This document shows, one piece after another, positions 9,878 through 19,478 of a stretch of DNA of 64,000 bases. This DNA comes from Nitrosopumilus sp. (GTDB lineage: Archaea; Thermoproteota; Nitrososphaeria; Nitrososphaerales; Nitrosopumilaceae), in NCBI GenBank assembly GCA_965197525.1, contig OZ240211.1:288001-352000 (forward strand), in the 5' to 3' direction. The position numbers were made by a program, and so were the translations under genes. Position 1 is the stretch's first letter; each line of letters opens with the position of its first letter. The notes under the pieces were generated by a model. The model did no database searches. It was given only the letters and a program-made list of their open reading frames with translations, and was not told where the DNA came from.

Positions 9878-9889
9878 CTTCACAGAACC
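9730..9889 (+). ncRNA. Candidate omegaRNA scaffold overlapping the tnpB 3' end
   Basis: omegaRNAs typically overlap the tnpB 3' end; hairpin at 9730-9754 and pairing of TGACATA (9760-9766) with TATGTCA (9841-9847); boundaries inferred. Confidence 0.45.
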
Positions 9890-9917
9890 ATCAACAAGTT
9901 ACAGCTAGTTTGTTGAT
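9890..9917. terminator. Hairpin abutting the right TIR
   Basis: ATCAACAAGTTA-CAGC-TAGTTTGTTGAT forms a 12-bp stem with two G-U pairs. Confidence 0.4.
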
Positions 9918-10131
9918 TGGACATTCCCGATAAACTCGAATCGTCAAATAAAATAACATTTGACGTACTAGCAGTTTAACGGAATATTGGCATTTTTGCA
10001 TACTGTGTTATACATGGCAAATCCTAGAATTATTGTCGCAAAAGTAACTAACGGAACTAAAAGGAATAGGTTGGTTTTGTTTACCACAAGCATCATGGTA
10101 ACATTTGGCTATAAAAATTATCGTCGTCTAG

Positions 10132-10548
10132 CTAGTCTACCATCACAGTAAATGTGCCTTGGGTATGCGAATCGCGTAGCAATTGTACCATCTCCCGAGG
10201 AATCAGATCAGATGCTTTGTCACAACACACAGCCAACGTTCTCGGACACGTAAAATCGCTTTTTCTGATAACGATATCTGTATCGTGAGTCAGTAACAAA
10301 TTTGGGTGACCTGTTCCATTAATGGTAAATTTGTAGTCTTGTACACAAATAGTAATAGTTACTCTAGTATTGGGATCTCGTAGTCGATCTTTGAGTTCTT
10401 GAGGCAACTCATTGCAGCTAGCAGCTGCGTTGACTCCTATAATACAATCTCCACTAGGTGTTAGAGATGACTCTTTTGTAATCTCGATAGTGCGACGATG
10501 GTTTGATCGGATATTTGCATGTCCAAAAAACGAGATCTCAAACTCCAT
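10132..10548 (-). CDS. DUF371 family protein
   Basis: GHANIRSNHRRTIEITKESSLTPSGDCIIGV and CDKASDLIPR motifs. Confidence 0.85.
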   Translation of the reverse strand: MEFEISFFGHANIRSNHRRTIEITKESSLTPSGDCIIGVNAAASCNELPQELKDRLRDPNTRVTITICVQDYKFTINGTGHPNLLLTHDTDIVIRKSDFTCPRTLAVCCDKASDLIPREMVQLLRDSHTQGTFTVMVD

Positions 10549-10774
10549 GACAGTGATCACGTTACACTTTAATTAAATCTACTAACAATAAATCAATCTT
10601 GGCTGATTCTAGTCAAAGAATTTCAGAATCGGAGATAAAGTATATTTTATGAAACCCGATAAGAATCTAGTAAGAAAAAGATGACTAAAACTAACCAAAT
10701 GACTGAGCATTTGGCAGAATTTTATTTAAAAAAGATACCAATGCTTAAATTAAACTCTCGAAGAAAAAAATCAA

Positions 10775-11512
10775 ATGATGCCATCACAACAAGGTTATGA
10801 TAGGGCCATCACAGTATTCTCGCCGGATGGCAGGTTATACCAAGTGGAATACGCCATTGAGACAGTGCGGAAAGGCACTATAGCTGTAGGCATAAAATGC
10901 AAGCAAGGCATCATTATTGCAGTAGAAGAGAAATCAAGAAAATTACAGATATCAGATACTGCACAAAAAATATTTCAAATTGATGATCATGTGGGAGTGG
11001 CAGCAGCAGGCTACATCCCTGATGCACGAAGTCAAGTAGATAATGCCAGATTCTTCTCTCAAAGCAATCAAATGATATACGATGAACCAGTTCAAGTAGA
11101 AACTATAGCAAAACATCTAGCCGATCAATCCCAGCAGTATACCCAATACGCAGGGGTCAGACCATTTGGTGTAGCATTAATCATAGGAGGGGTAGTAAAC
11201 AAGACTCCTGAACTATTTCTCACCGATCCTAGCGGGACATACATCTCTTATGATGCAATATCCATAGGTTCAGGTTCTGACAAGGTTTCTGACTTTTTAG
11301 AAAAGGACTACAAGGATGATCTAACTCTGGATGATGCAGCAGTACTTGCAACAGCCGCAATCTATTTAGCAAGTGATGATAAAAGCGGAACTGATCATAT
11401 TCGTATGTCGTGCATCAAAGAAGAGACAGGATTATACGAGCTGGTATCAAATGATCAAATAACTCAATACACAAATACTGCCAAAGAAAGATACCCCAGT
11501 GATAAAAATTGA
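10775..11512 (+). CDS. psmA: Proteasome subunit alpha
   Basis: GYDRAITVFSPDGRLYQVEYA signature; VRPFGVALI. Confidence 0.97.
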   Translation: MMPSQQGYDRAITVFSPDGRLYQVEYAIETVRKGTIAVGIKCKQGIIIAVEEKSRKLQISDTAQKIFQIDDHVGVAAAGYIPDARSQVDNARFFSQSNQMIYDEPVQVETIAKHLADQSQQYTQYAGVRPFGVALIIGGVVNKTPELFLTDPSGTYISYDAISIGSGSDKVSDFLEKDYKDDLTLDDAAVLATAAIYLASDDKSGTDHIRMSCIKEETGLYELVSNDQITQYTNTAKERYPSDKN

Positions 11513-12362
11513 TCATTGTGCAATACGAGAGACAAATCTGTTGAAACTATCTGTTGCCATACCAACATCCGCACTGTCTGATGAATCACTCAAAATAGAC
11601 AAGACAAAAAAAATATCAATACTAGCAAGAGCGTGTGCCATCTTCAAAATAGACACCGTCTATGTGTACCATCAAGGAGAAAAAACATCAGATAGTACGC
11701 TAATTACTACAATCCTAAAATATTTAGAGACGCCGCAATTCTTGAGAAAGAGATTATTTCCAAAGATAAATGATTTAAAATTTGCAGGTGCGCTACAACC
11801 ACTGAGAATTCCTAGTCATAGTACGCCTGCCAATCCAAAGAGCATAGCCCGTAACGATGTCAGGGAAGGAATCGTTGTAAGTGTAAAGGGACGGCGGTTT
11901 GTAGATGTTGGAATAAATCAACTAATTCCGTTTTTTGGGAATAGCACACCTCCTGGTAAAAGAATAACCATACAGTTCAAAGAAGGCTATCCAAACTTTT
12001 CAATCAAAGAGATATCGCCATATGAATCACCGGTGTATTGGGGTTATGTTGTCAAAGAGCGGGCAAACCTATACTCGTTGCTATCAGAGTGGAACGGCCA
12101 GATTATCCTCACATCCAGAAAAGGAAAAAAAGCGACAAGAGAGCAGATCTTCAAGTATACGAAATCAGATCAAAGCACGTTGATTGTTTTTGGATCGCCT
12201 GAAAAAGGAATTCACGAAATTGTGGGTCCCAAGATAAACAAAGTACAAAATGCTAAATTGTTAAACTTCTTTCCAGATCAAGCAACCCAGACCGTACGAT
12301 TAGAGGAAGCTTTGCTTGGCACGCTTGCAATAATTAACATGTATAATCACGATAATGGCTGA
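11499..12362 (+). CDS. SPOUT-family RNA methyltransferase (DUF171/C9orf114-like)
   Basis: LSVAIPTSALSD, YWGY, LIVFGSPEKG, NFFPDQATQTVRLEEA motifs; conserved position before rpl3. Confidence 0.85.
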   Translation: MIKIDHCAIRETNLLKLSVAIPTSALSDESLKIDKTKKISILARACAIFKIDTVYVYHQGEKTSDSTLITTILKYLETPQFLRKRLFPKINDLKFAGALQPLRIPSHSTPANPKSIARNDVREGIVVSVKGRRFVDVGINQLIPFFGNSTPPGKRITIQFKEGYPNFSIKEISPYESPVYWGYVVKERANLYSLLSEWNGQIILTSRKGKKATREQIFKYTKSDQSTLIVFGSPEKGIHEIVGPKINKVQNAKLLNFFPDQATQTVRLEEALLGTLAIINMYNHDNG

Positions 12363-12465
12363 GCGAAAGAACTTTCTATTATTGGCAATAGGGATGGGCA
12401 TAGTGGGAATAGCAGTCGGTGCCGCTACGATCCTAACTGCAGTACAGGACGTCATAGCACCGTGA
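12355..12465 (+). CDS. Small single-pass membrane protein (36 aa), absent from ORF track
   Basis: MAERKNFLLLAIGMGIVGIAVGAATILTAVQDVIAP; ATG overlaps the upstream stop (ATGGCTGA). Confidence 0.55.
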   Translation: MAERKNFLLLAIGMGIVGIAVGAATILTAVQDVIAP

Positions 12466-12540
12466 TGATGGTTAACCTAAATTTTTTTCCAGGTTAACAA
12501 TCTTATGGTTTAATAGAGGGAGTTTAAGCACTCAAATCCA

Positions 12541-13542
12541 ATGGGAGCTAGAAAACGCCATTCGCCAAGAAGAGGGAGTCTTGCATACTCACCACGTGTA
12601 CGCGCAAAGAGCATGGAGGCAAGAATTAGAGCATGGCCAAAAGTTGACACTGCTGAACCCAAGATACTCGCTCACTGCGGGTTTAAGGCAGGATGTGTAC
12701 AGATTGTGAGCATAGATGATAGGGACAAAGTTCCAAACGCAGGAAAGCAGCTAGTTAGCCTAGGGACAGTCCTTGTAACACCGCCGGTACTAATTTTGGG
12801 AATAAGGGGTTATTCCAAAGATAATGATGGCAGACATGCAGAGTTTGATGTTTATGCTGAATATATTCCAAAAAATATTGCCAAGGAGATAAAGATAGAA
12901 AATGTTGCAGGTTCAATAGAAAAGGCAGAAAAAAAATTAAAACATGTACAAGAGATCTTTGCAATAGTTGCAGTATCTCCAAGGGATGCAGGACTAGAAC
13001 AAAAGAAACCATACATATTTGAAGCACAAGTAAGTGGAGGTAACAATGATATTTTAAAACAATTTACACATGTAAAAGAATTACTTGGAAAAGAGGTAAA
13101 GATCGATCAGATATTTGAAACGGGTGCAACAGTAGATGTTGCTGCCATTACCAAGGGCAAAGGATGGCAAGGCGTAATACAGAGATGGGGGGTAAAAAAG
13201 AAACAACACAAATCCCGAAAGACTGTCAGAGAGGTAGGATCACTTGGACCAATATCTCCACAAAGTGTAATGTATACCGTTCCAAGAGCAGGACAGATGG
13301 GATTCCATCAAAGAGTGGAATATGATAAAAGAATAATGATAATGGGCAATACAGAATCAGACGACAAGTTAAAGATTAATCCAGACGGGGGCTACAAGCA
13401 CTTTGGACTAGTCAAGGGAGATTTTATTATTCTAAAGGGATCCGTGCCAGGAACTTACAAGCGACTGATCAAATTACGTAGTCAGATTAGAAATACACCT
13501 ACACGAATCAACAAACCCAAGATCTTGGAGGTAGTTGTATAG
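12541..13542 (+). CDS. rpl3: 50S ribosomal protein L3
   Basis: RHSPRRGSLAYSPR, TKGKGWQGVIQRWG, PRAGQMGFHQR. Confidence 0.97.
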   Translation: MGARKRHSPRRGSLAYSPRVRAKSMEARIRAWPKVDTAEPKILAHCGFKAGCVQIVSIDDRDKVPNAGKQLVSLGTVLVTPPVLILGIRGYSKDNDGRHAEFDVYAEYIPKNIAKEIKIENVAGSIEKAEKKLKHVQEIFAIVAVSPRDAGLEQKKPYIFEAQVSGGNNDILKQFTHVKELLGKEVKIDQIFETGATVDVAAITKGKGWQGVIQRWGVKKKQHKSRKTVREVGSLGPISPQSVMYTVPRAGQMGFHQRVEYDKRIMIMGNTESDDKLKINPDGGYKHFGLVKGDFIILKGSVPGTYKRLIKLRSQIRNTPTRINKPKILEVVV

Positions 13543-13544
13543 TT

Positions 13545-14378
13545 ATGAGTAATAAAAACAAAGCACCCAGTGCACCCATACTTTCAACTAACGGCAAAAA
13601 AATAGAAGAGATGGAATTGCCTCTGATATTTTCAACGCCATACAGACACGACTTGATTCACAAGGCATTTACAAATCTGACATCGCATAAATTCCAAAGA
13701 CAGGGCAGAAAACCGAATGCAGGAATGGATGTAGTGGCAGATTCAAACGATCCGCCTACAGGACAAGGGGTATCCCGTGTTGCGAGAATGGCCGGAGGCG
13801 GAGGAGGTAGACAGGGTCAAGGCGCAGAAGTCGCATCAACTAGAGGCGGCAGACAAGCGCACCCACCAATAGTGGAAAAAGTAATCTACAAAAAATTAAA
13901 CAAAAAAGAGAACAAACTAGCGTTATGTTCTGCCATTGCTGCAACTGCATCAAAACAGCTAGTAGAGCGCCGAGGCCATATAGTCGATAATGTGGAATCG
14001 TTCCCAATCATAGTATCTGACGATATAGAGACAGTATCCAAAGCAAGCGACATGACTGCAATACTAGATAATTTGAAACTGCTATCAGATGTCAAGAGAT
14101 TAAAAAATAGAAAACCACGTTCTGGCCAGTCAAGACTGCGAGGCCGCAGCAAAAAGACAGGAAAGAGTGTTTTGTTTGTGACCGTTGATTCCGCTCAAGT
14201 AAAACAAGCAGTAGGAGCATTGCCTGGTGTACAGGTAAGAGATGTAAAAGATCTAAGTGTATTGGATTTAGCCCCCGGTTCTGACCCGATCAGACTAACC
14301 GTATACTCAAAATCGGCAATACATGCGATCGGAGAGATTAAATCAACCCATCTGAAAATAATGGTGAATGTGCAATGA
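13545..14378 (+). CDS. rpl4: 50S ribosomal protein L4
   Basis: GQGVSRVAR, TRGGRQAHPP, DLAPG motifs. Confidence 0.96.
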   Translation: MSNKNKAPSAPILSTNGKKIEEMELPLIFSTPYRHDLIHKAFTNLTSHKFQRQGRKPNAGMDVVADSNDPPTGQGVSRVARMAGGGGGRQGQGAEVASTRGGRQAHPPIVEKVIYKKLNKKENKLALCSAIAATASKQLVERRGHIVDNVESFPIIVSDDIETVSKASDMTAILDNLKLLSDVKRLKNRKPRSGQSRLRGRSKKTGKSVLFVTVDSAQVKQAVGALPGVQVRDVKDLSVLDLAPGSDPIRLTVYSKSAIHAIGEIKSTHLKIMVNVQ

Positions 14379-14641
14379 ATATTGAACAGGCAATGAAGAT
14401 AGTGATAAAACCACACATAACAGAGAAGACCTTTGCGATGATAGAGGCAGAGAACAAGATTTGCTTTATTGTGGAGCGATCAGCTAACAAACAAGACATA
14501 TCACTTGCAGTTAAAACACTATACAAAGAAGATGTCAAAAAAGTAAATACCGCAAGAACGATTTACGGTAAAAAGGCATTTGTTCAACTAGAAAACATCG
14601 ACCAAGCCAGAGATTTGGCTACAAAAATAGGAATGCTATAA
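14375..14641 (+). CDS. rpl23: 50S ribosomal protein L23
   Basis: IKPHITEK, VKKVNT, KKAFVQL. Confidence 0.95.
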   Translation: MNIEQAMKIVIKPHITEKTFAMIEAENKICFIVERSANKQDISLAVKTLYKEDVKKVNTARTIYGKKAFVQLENIDQARDLATKIGML

Positions 14642-14707
14642 TATGGAACATAAAGCGCATAATGTTGTAGAAGTGATGATGAGAACGATTACAAGGGGTC
14701 AAATGAC

Positions 14708-15103
14708 ATGGTAAAAGAATTTTTGTACAGAGGCATCCCAAAAGAAGAACTCGACAACATGTCACTAGAAAAACTCTTTTTGTTGTTTAACTCCAGACAA
14801 CGAAGATCGCTTACAAGGGGCATAACAGATGGTAAAAGAAAGCTGATTGGAGAGATAAAGGCAGCCAAAGCAGGCAAGCTAAAAAATCCCGTCAAGACGC
14901 ATGTCCGAGATTTGATTATTCTGCCATACATGGTAGGCGTTACAGTAAATGTATTTTCTGGAAAAGAGTTTCAGCCTCTAACTATCACAGCTGAGATGAT
15001 TGGGCATTACCTAGGAGAATACGTAATAACAAACAAGAGAGTTTCACACGGTGCTCCAGGCGTTGGTGCATCAAGATCCAGTCTCTACGTACCATTAAAG
15101 TGA
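14708..15103 (+). CDS. rps19: 30S ribosomal protein S19
   Basis: KTHVRDLIILPYMVG, MIGHYLGEY. Confidence 0.96.
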   Translation: MVKEFLYRGIPKEELDNMSLEKLFLLFNSRQRRSLTRGITDGKRKLIGEIKAAKAGKLKNPVKTHVRDLIILPYMVGVTVNVFSGKEFQPLTITAEMIGHYLGEYVITNKRVSHGAPGVGASRSSLYVPLK

Positions 15104-15108
15104 TTCAT

Positions 15109-15567
15109 ATGAGCAGATTTAGTTACGCGTTTCAAAACTATGACCATACAAGGCACGTACGCGCATCAGTCAGAGAGAAAGACATGTCGCACAAACACGC
15201 GCGTGAGGTAGCAGTAGCAATAAAGGGATTATCCATGGAGAAAGCAAGAGACTATCTACAGGCAGTCATTAATATGGACAGAGCAGTAGCTTTTAGGCGA
15301 TACAAAAACCAAGTTGGGCACAAAGCAGATCCCGGTATGATGGCAGGACGCTATCCACAAAAGACTGCCAAAGAATTCATCAAAGTTTTAGACAATTTAG
15401 AGGCAAACGCGCAGTTCAAAGGAATGGATATGGACAGAATTAAAATTATTAATGCTACAGTTCACAAGGGCGTTACAGTAAAGAGGTTTATTCCACGTGC
15501 CATGGGCAGGGCAACACCAAAGAATAACGTGTTAACGCATGTAGAGTTGGTTGGAAGGGAGGTATAA
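15109..15567 (+). CDS. rpl22: 50S ribosomal protein L22
   Basis: [29 protein letters not shown]. Confidence 0.96.
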   Translation: MSRFSYAFQNYDHTRHVRASVREKDMSHKHAREVAVAIKGLSMEKARDYLQAVINMDRAVAFRRYKNQVGHKADPGMMAGRYPQKTAKEFIKVLDNLEANAQFKGMDMDRIKIINATVHKGVTVKRFIPRAMGRATPKNNVLTHVELVGREV

Positions 15568-15575
15568 CAAGAGAG

Positions 15576-16337
15576 ATGTCTGCAGTAAAAAACGTAATTA
15601 AAGATAATTACAACATGATGTTGCTTAAAGATTATCTAAGAGAAGCCATAAAAGATGCAGGCTTTTCACATGCAGAGATCTCAAAGACGCCGATAGGAAC
15701 TCGCGTTGCACTACATGTGACAAGACCCGGAATAGTTATCGGCAGAAAAGGTTCAGGTATCAGGCTATTGACTGAAAAACTCGCAACTGATTTTGGACTA
15801 AAGAACCCACAAATTTCAGTAATAGAGATTGAAAAGCCAGAACTTACACCCAGCGTAATGTGTAACAGAATGGCATCACATATAGAACGTGGAACGGCGT
15901 TCAGACGAGCAACAATGTGGACGCTAAAACAGATCATGGAAGGTGGGGCAATGGGCGTCCAAATAACCATATCTGGAAAACTTAGAGGTGATCGTTCAGC
16001 CTTTGAGAAACATACTGCAGGAATATTGCCCAGAGCAGGATATCATGCAGAACTCATAGTAAAAGAAGACATTGCACATGTAAAGACTGCAATGGGACTG
16101 ATTGGAATAAGAATAAGAATTGCAATCAAGGAAAAATTAATTCCAGAATTTGAGATGAGAATTATGAAACCAAAGAAAGAACGACTGCAAGTTCAAGATA
16201 AAAAGACTGGAAAGATGCGAGATGAAACTGCAGGTGAAAGAAAGGCAAGAACAGAGTCAGAATATATTGCACTGGAAGAAGAGAAGATGAAATCAATAGA
16301 GACATTAGAAGAAGAAGAAGAGGCCAAGCTAAAATGA
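15576..16337 (+). CDS. rps3: 30S ribosomal protein S3
   Basis: KH domain [10 protein letters not shown]; [10 protein letters not shown]; charged C-terminal tail. Confidence 0.96.
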   Translation: MSAVKNVIKDNYNMMLLKDYLREAIKDAGFSHAEISKTPIGTRVALHVTRPGIVIGRKGSGIRLLTEKLATDFGLKNPQISVIEIEKPELTPSVMCNRMASHIERGTAFRRATMWTLKQIMEGGAMGVQITISGKLRGDRSAFEKHTAGILPRAGYHAELIVKEDIAHVKTAMGLIGIRIRIAIKEKLIPEFEMRIMKPKKERLQVQDKKTGKMRDETAGERKARTESEYIALEEEKMKSIETLEEEEEAKLK

Positions 16338-16561
16338 CTAGGACTAGCATGAAGACTATTAGGGAGTTAGGCGAGGTGGATCTCCAAAAGAAGATTCAAG
16401 AGATAAAAAGTGAACTAGTCAAACTCAAAGTTGACGGCTCAAAGGGAACGTTGAGAAAAGAGAGTGGCAAACTAAAACCATTGCGTCATGATATTGCAAG
16501 AATGTTAACTAGAATAAATGAGATAAAAAGAGAGAAACAAAAAGAGGAACAGAGACAATGA
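16334..16561 (+). CDS. rpl29: 50S ribosomal protein L29
   Basis: [10 protein letters not shown] motif and operon position. Confidence 0.93.
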   Translation: MTRTSMKTIRELGEVDLQKKIQEIKSELVKLKVDGSKGTLRKESGKLKPLRHDIARMLTRINEIKREKQKEEQRQ

Positions 16562-16851
16562 CCATAACTGCACAAAATATTATGTCACATGAATTCATAG
16601 GACTGGACACCAAAGTAGTGCATTCAACCAACCCTCAAATCATAGGATTAAATGGAAGAATAATTAATGAAACAAGATCAATGTTTACAATAGATGTCAA
16701 TCACAGAGTACCAAAATCAGTTCCAAAAGCTGGAAGTGAATGGGAATTCAAAATTCAAAAAGATATAGTAATAATTGATGGTTCTAAAATTATAAAAAGA
16801 CCCTATGATAGAATTGTTGGAGGGATAGGCAAGGAGAAGAAAGCGCAATGA
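16558..16851 (+). CDS. rnp1: Ribonuclease P protein component 1 (Rpp29)
   Basis: HEFIGLDTKVV, GLNGRIINET, IDGSKIIKRPYDRI. Confidence 0.92.
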   Translation: MTITAQNIMSHEFIGLDTKVVHSTNPQIIGLNGRIINETRSMFTIDVNHRVPKSVPKAGSEWEFKIQKDIVIIDGSKIIKRPYDRIVGGIGKEKKAQ

Positions 16852-17171
16852 CTACAAACATAGGATTAAAAGTAAATGAACCAAAGAGAGAATGTACTGA
16901 CAAGCACTGTCCATTTCATGGTGGTTTATCCATCAGAGGAAAGCTATTTGACGGTCAAGTAACAGGCAGTAAAGCAAAACAAACAATAACACTACAGAAA
17001 GATTCACCAATCTACTTTAGTAAATTTAAACGATATGCTAGAGGTACTAGTACAATTCATGCACATGTTCCAATGTGTATCGATGTAGAGAATGGTAATC
17101 ACATACTAGCAGCAGAATGCAGACCGATATCAAAGTCAGTATCCTATGTTGTAGTGGAGGTTAGATCATAA
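16848..17171 (+). CDS. rps17: 30S ribosomal protein S17
   Basis: CPFHGGLSIRG, AECRPISKS. Confidence 0.96.
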   Translation: MTTNIGLKVNEPKRECTDKHCPFHGGLSIRGKLFDGQVTGSKAKQTITLQKDSPIYFSKFKRYARGTSTIHAHVPMCIDVENGNHILAAECRPISKSVSYVVVEVRS

Positions 17172-17173
17172 CA

Positions 17174-17596
17174 ATGGCCAAGCAGGCAGGTAAAGGAGTA
17201 GAAGAGTTCCGTCCCTATGTGACCAAAGTGCTACCAGTTGGTGCAAATATTGTGTGTGCCGATAACTCTGGTGCCAAAATTTTAGAGATAATTAATGTTC
17301 CAAGACACAAGACTAGAGCGTCACGATTACCATCAGCATCAGTTGGTGACTTTTGCAATGTTGTCGTAAAAAAGGGACCTGCAGAGTTACGAAAACAAGT
17401 CCATGGGGCAGTAATAATTAGACAAAAATACGCAATTCGTCGATTGAACGGTGTTAGAGTATGCTTTGAGGATAATGCAGCAGTGATAATTACTCCAGAG
17501 GGTGAAACCAAGGGAACTGATATTAAAGGACCAGTAGCAGTTGAGGCATCTGAAAAATGGCCAAGGGTAGCTAATCTGGCATCAATGGTGGTATGA
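17174..17596 (+). CDS. rpl14: 50S ribosomal protein L14
   Basis: CADNSGAK, FEDNAAV, KGPVAVEA. Confidence 0.97.
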   Translation: MAKQAGKGVEEFRPYVTKVLPVGANIVCADNSGAKILEIINVPRHKTRASRLPSASVGDFCNVVVKKGPAELRKQVHGAVIIRQKYAIRRLNGVRVCFEDNAAVIITPEGETKGTDIKGPVAVEASEKWPRVANLASMVV

Positions 17597-17600
17597 TATC

Positions 17601-18233
17601 ATGAAGCCAACAAAAATGCGCAACAGGTTAATTTATCAGGCAACTTTTCATACAAAGAGCAAACAACTAACAAGCCAATTGTCAAAAAATTTGGCCAAAA
17701 AATATGGAAAGAAGAGCGTACGTGTTATTGAAGGCGATAGTATCAAGATATTACGAGGCGAATTCAAGGGAGTAGACGGCAAGATATCAGATGTATCAAT
17801 AAAGAGAAATGGTGTTGCAATTGATGGGATAAAAAAAGAAAAAAGCAAAGGTGATAAATTTGATGTGTATATCCATACATCAAATTTGGTAGTGACATCA
17901 TTGGATACGACTGACAAATGGAGAATAGAAAAATTACAGAAAGGTTTACCTCCAATACCATCTAGTGATATAACAGATGATAACGATGATAAAGTACAAA
18001 AAAGTGGTGTAGACAATATAGATGAACAACAAAAAGAGGTTGTCATAGAGAAACAAGATGACACTACGCACATGCAAATAAAAACGAAAAATGATAATGA
18101 TGGCGATGGCGATAAAGACGACGATAGTAATGATATCTCACACAAGGAAGATCTAAAAGATCAAACAACAACTACTAATGACACTAAAGAAACAAAAGCA
18201 GATATATCTAACACAAAAGAGGATGTAAAGTAA
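17601..18233 (+). CDS. rpl24: 50S ribosomal protein L24 with long acidic C-terminal extension
   Basis: KOW motif GDSIKILRGEFKG, IHTSNLVV; about 95 extra D/K/T-rich residues. Confidence 0.93.
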   Translation: MKPTKMRNRLIYQATFHTKSKQLTSQLSKNLAKKYGKKSVRVIEGDSIKILRGEFKGVDGKISDVSIKRNGVAIDGIKKEKSKGDKFDVYIHTSNLVVTSLDTTDKWRIEKLQKGLPPIPSSDITDDNDDKVQKSGVDNIDEQQKEVVIEKQDDTTHMQIKTKNDNDGDGDKDDDSNDISHKEDLKDQTTTTNDTKETKADISNTKEDVK

Positions 18234-18949
18234 TGGTAAGTATTTCAGGTAGTAAAAAACTCAAACGCCAAATGGCTCCACAATTTTGGGGAATTACAAG
18301 AAAAAATAAGAGGTTTGTAATTACAGTAAAACCAGGTTCACATAAAAAAGCTCATTCCATATCGACTGCAGTGTTTTTGCGGGATATGTTAAAGATAGTT
18401 ACAACACTAAGAGAGGCAAAGACTGCAATCTATTCGGGCAGTGTGAAAGTTGACGGCGTCATACGAAAGTCGTTACATCACTCCATTGGACTAATGGATG
18501 TGATAGAGTTAGAGAACATGCCAGATATTTATCGACTTGTTCCAACAGAAGAGAAGCTCTTAGAACCAATAAAAATTCAAGAGTCAGAGAAGACACAGAA
18601 ACTTGTAAGAGTGGTTAGTAAAACGACAATTAATGGAGGAAAACTACAGATAGGATTTCACGATGGCCGCTCAATAATATCAGACAGTGCAGTCAGCGTA
18701 GGAGATACATGTCTAATCAAAGTACCGGATCAAAAAATTCTTAAAATTCTAAAACTGGAGACAGGCTCGCAAGGCCTAGTAACACGGGGAAATAACACAG
18801 GTCAAATTGGCAAGATAGAGACTATTGAAGAGGGAACATTCATCCTTCCAAAACGCGTCATCTTGGCATTAAAGGACAGAAAGATAGAGATTCCTGCAGA
18901 CATCATAATGCCAATTGGAAAGGAAGAGCCAATAATTCAATTAAAGTGA
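18233..18949 (+). CDS. rps4e: 30S ribosomal protein S4e
   Basis: LKRQMAPQFW, PGSHKK, GNNTGQIG. Confidence 0.96.
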   Translation: MVSISGSKKLKRQMAPQFWGITRKNKRFVITVKPGSHKKAHSISTAVFLRDMLKIVTTLREAKTAIYSGSVKVDGVIRKSLHHSIGLMDVIELENMPDIYRLVPTEEKLLEPIKIQESEKTQKLVRVVSKTTINGGKLQIGFHDGRSIISDSAVSVGDTCLIKVPDQKILKILKLETGSQGLVTRGNNTGQIGKIETIEEGTFILPKRVILALKDRKIEIPADIIMPIGKEEPIIQLK

Positions 18950-18956
18950 TAGCATA

Positions 18957-19478
18957 ATGTCTCAGATAACAGAATCATCAATGAAAAAGATCTCCCTTGA
19001 AAAGATTGTTCTCAATATGGGAGTAGGAAGATCAGGCGATGCAATAGTCGTTGCCAAAAAAGCACTAGATCAAATATCGGGAAGAAAATCTTCTGCACGT
19101 AATGCAAAAGACCCACAAAGAGACTGGGGAGTCAGAAAAGGCGAACCAATCGGTGTTGCCGTTACAGTTAGAGGTGACGAGGCTGTGCAGCTGCTAAAAA
19201 GACTGTTAGAGGCAAAGGGAAATACGGTTAACGGTAAATCATTTGATAATTTTGGGAATTATTCGTTTGGGATTCGTGAACATATAGATATTCCAGGCGT
19301 CAAATACGACCCACAGATAGGAATACTTGGTTTGGGAATATCAGTTACATTAACAAGACCAGGATACGGAGTCAGAACCAGAAGCAAGCACAAGGCCAGA
19401 GTAGGAAAGGCCCATATCATTAACAGCCAAGAGGCAAAAGATTATCTAACTAAAGAATTTGGAGTCACTGTAGCATAA
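18957..19478 (+). CDS. rpl5: 50S ribosomal protein L5
   Basis: LEKIVLNMGVG, VRKGEPIG, FDNFGNYSFGI. Confidence 0.97.
   Translation: MSQITESSMKKISLEKIVLNMGVGRSGDAIVVAKKALDQISGRKSSARNAKDPQRDWGVRKGEPIGVAVTVRGDEAVQLLKRLLEAKGNTVNGKSFDNFGNYSFGIREHIDIPGVKYDPQIGILGLGISVTLTRPGYGVRTRSKHKARVGKAHIINSQEAKDYLTKEFGVTVA

Larger units (their letters stand above)
8603..9889 (+). mobile_element. tnpB-only element bounded by perfect 25-bp terminal inverted repeats
   Basis: 8603-8627 GGTTCTGTGAAGTTATCGGGAGTTA is the exact reverse complement of 9865-9889; no tnpA; no flanking duplication seen. Confidence 0.85.

Noticed and set aside
14641-14708. Absence of rpl2 between rpl23 and rps19, and cluster ending at rpl6
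   Set aside because: As I recall, split ribosomal clusters are normal in Nitrososphaerota, so this is not treated as novel
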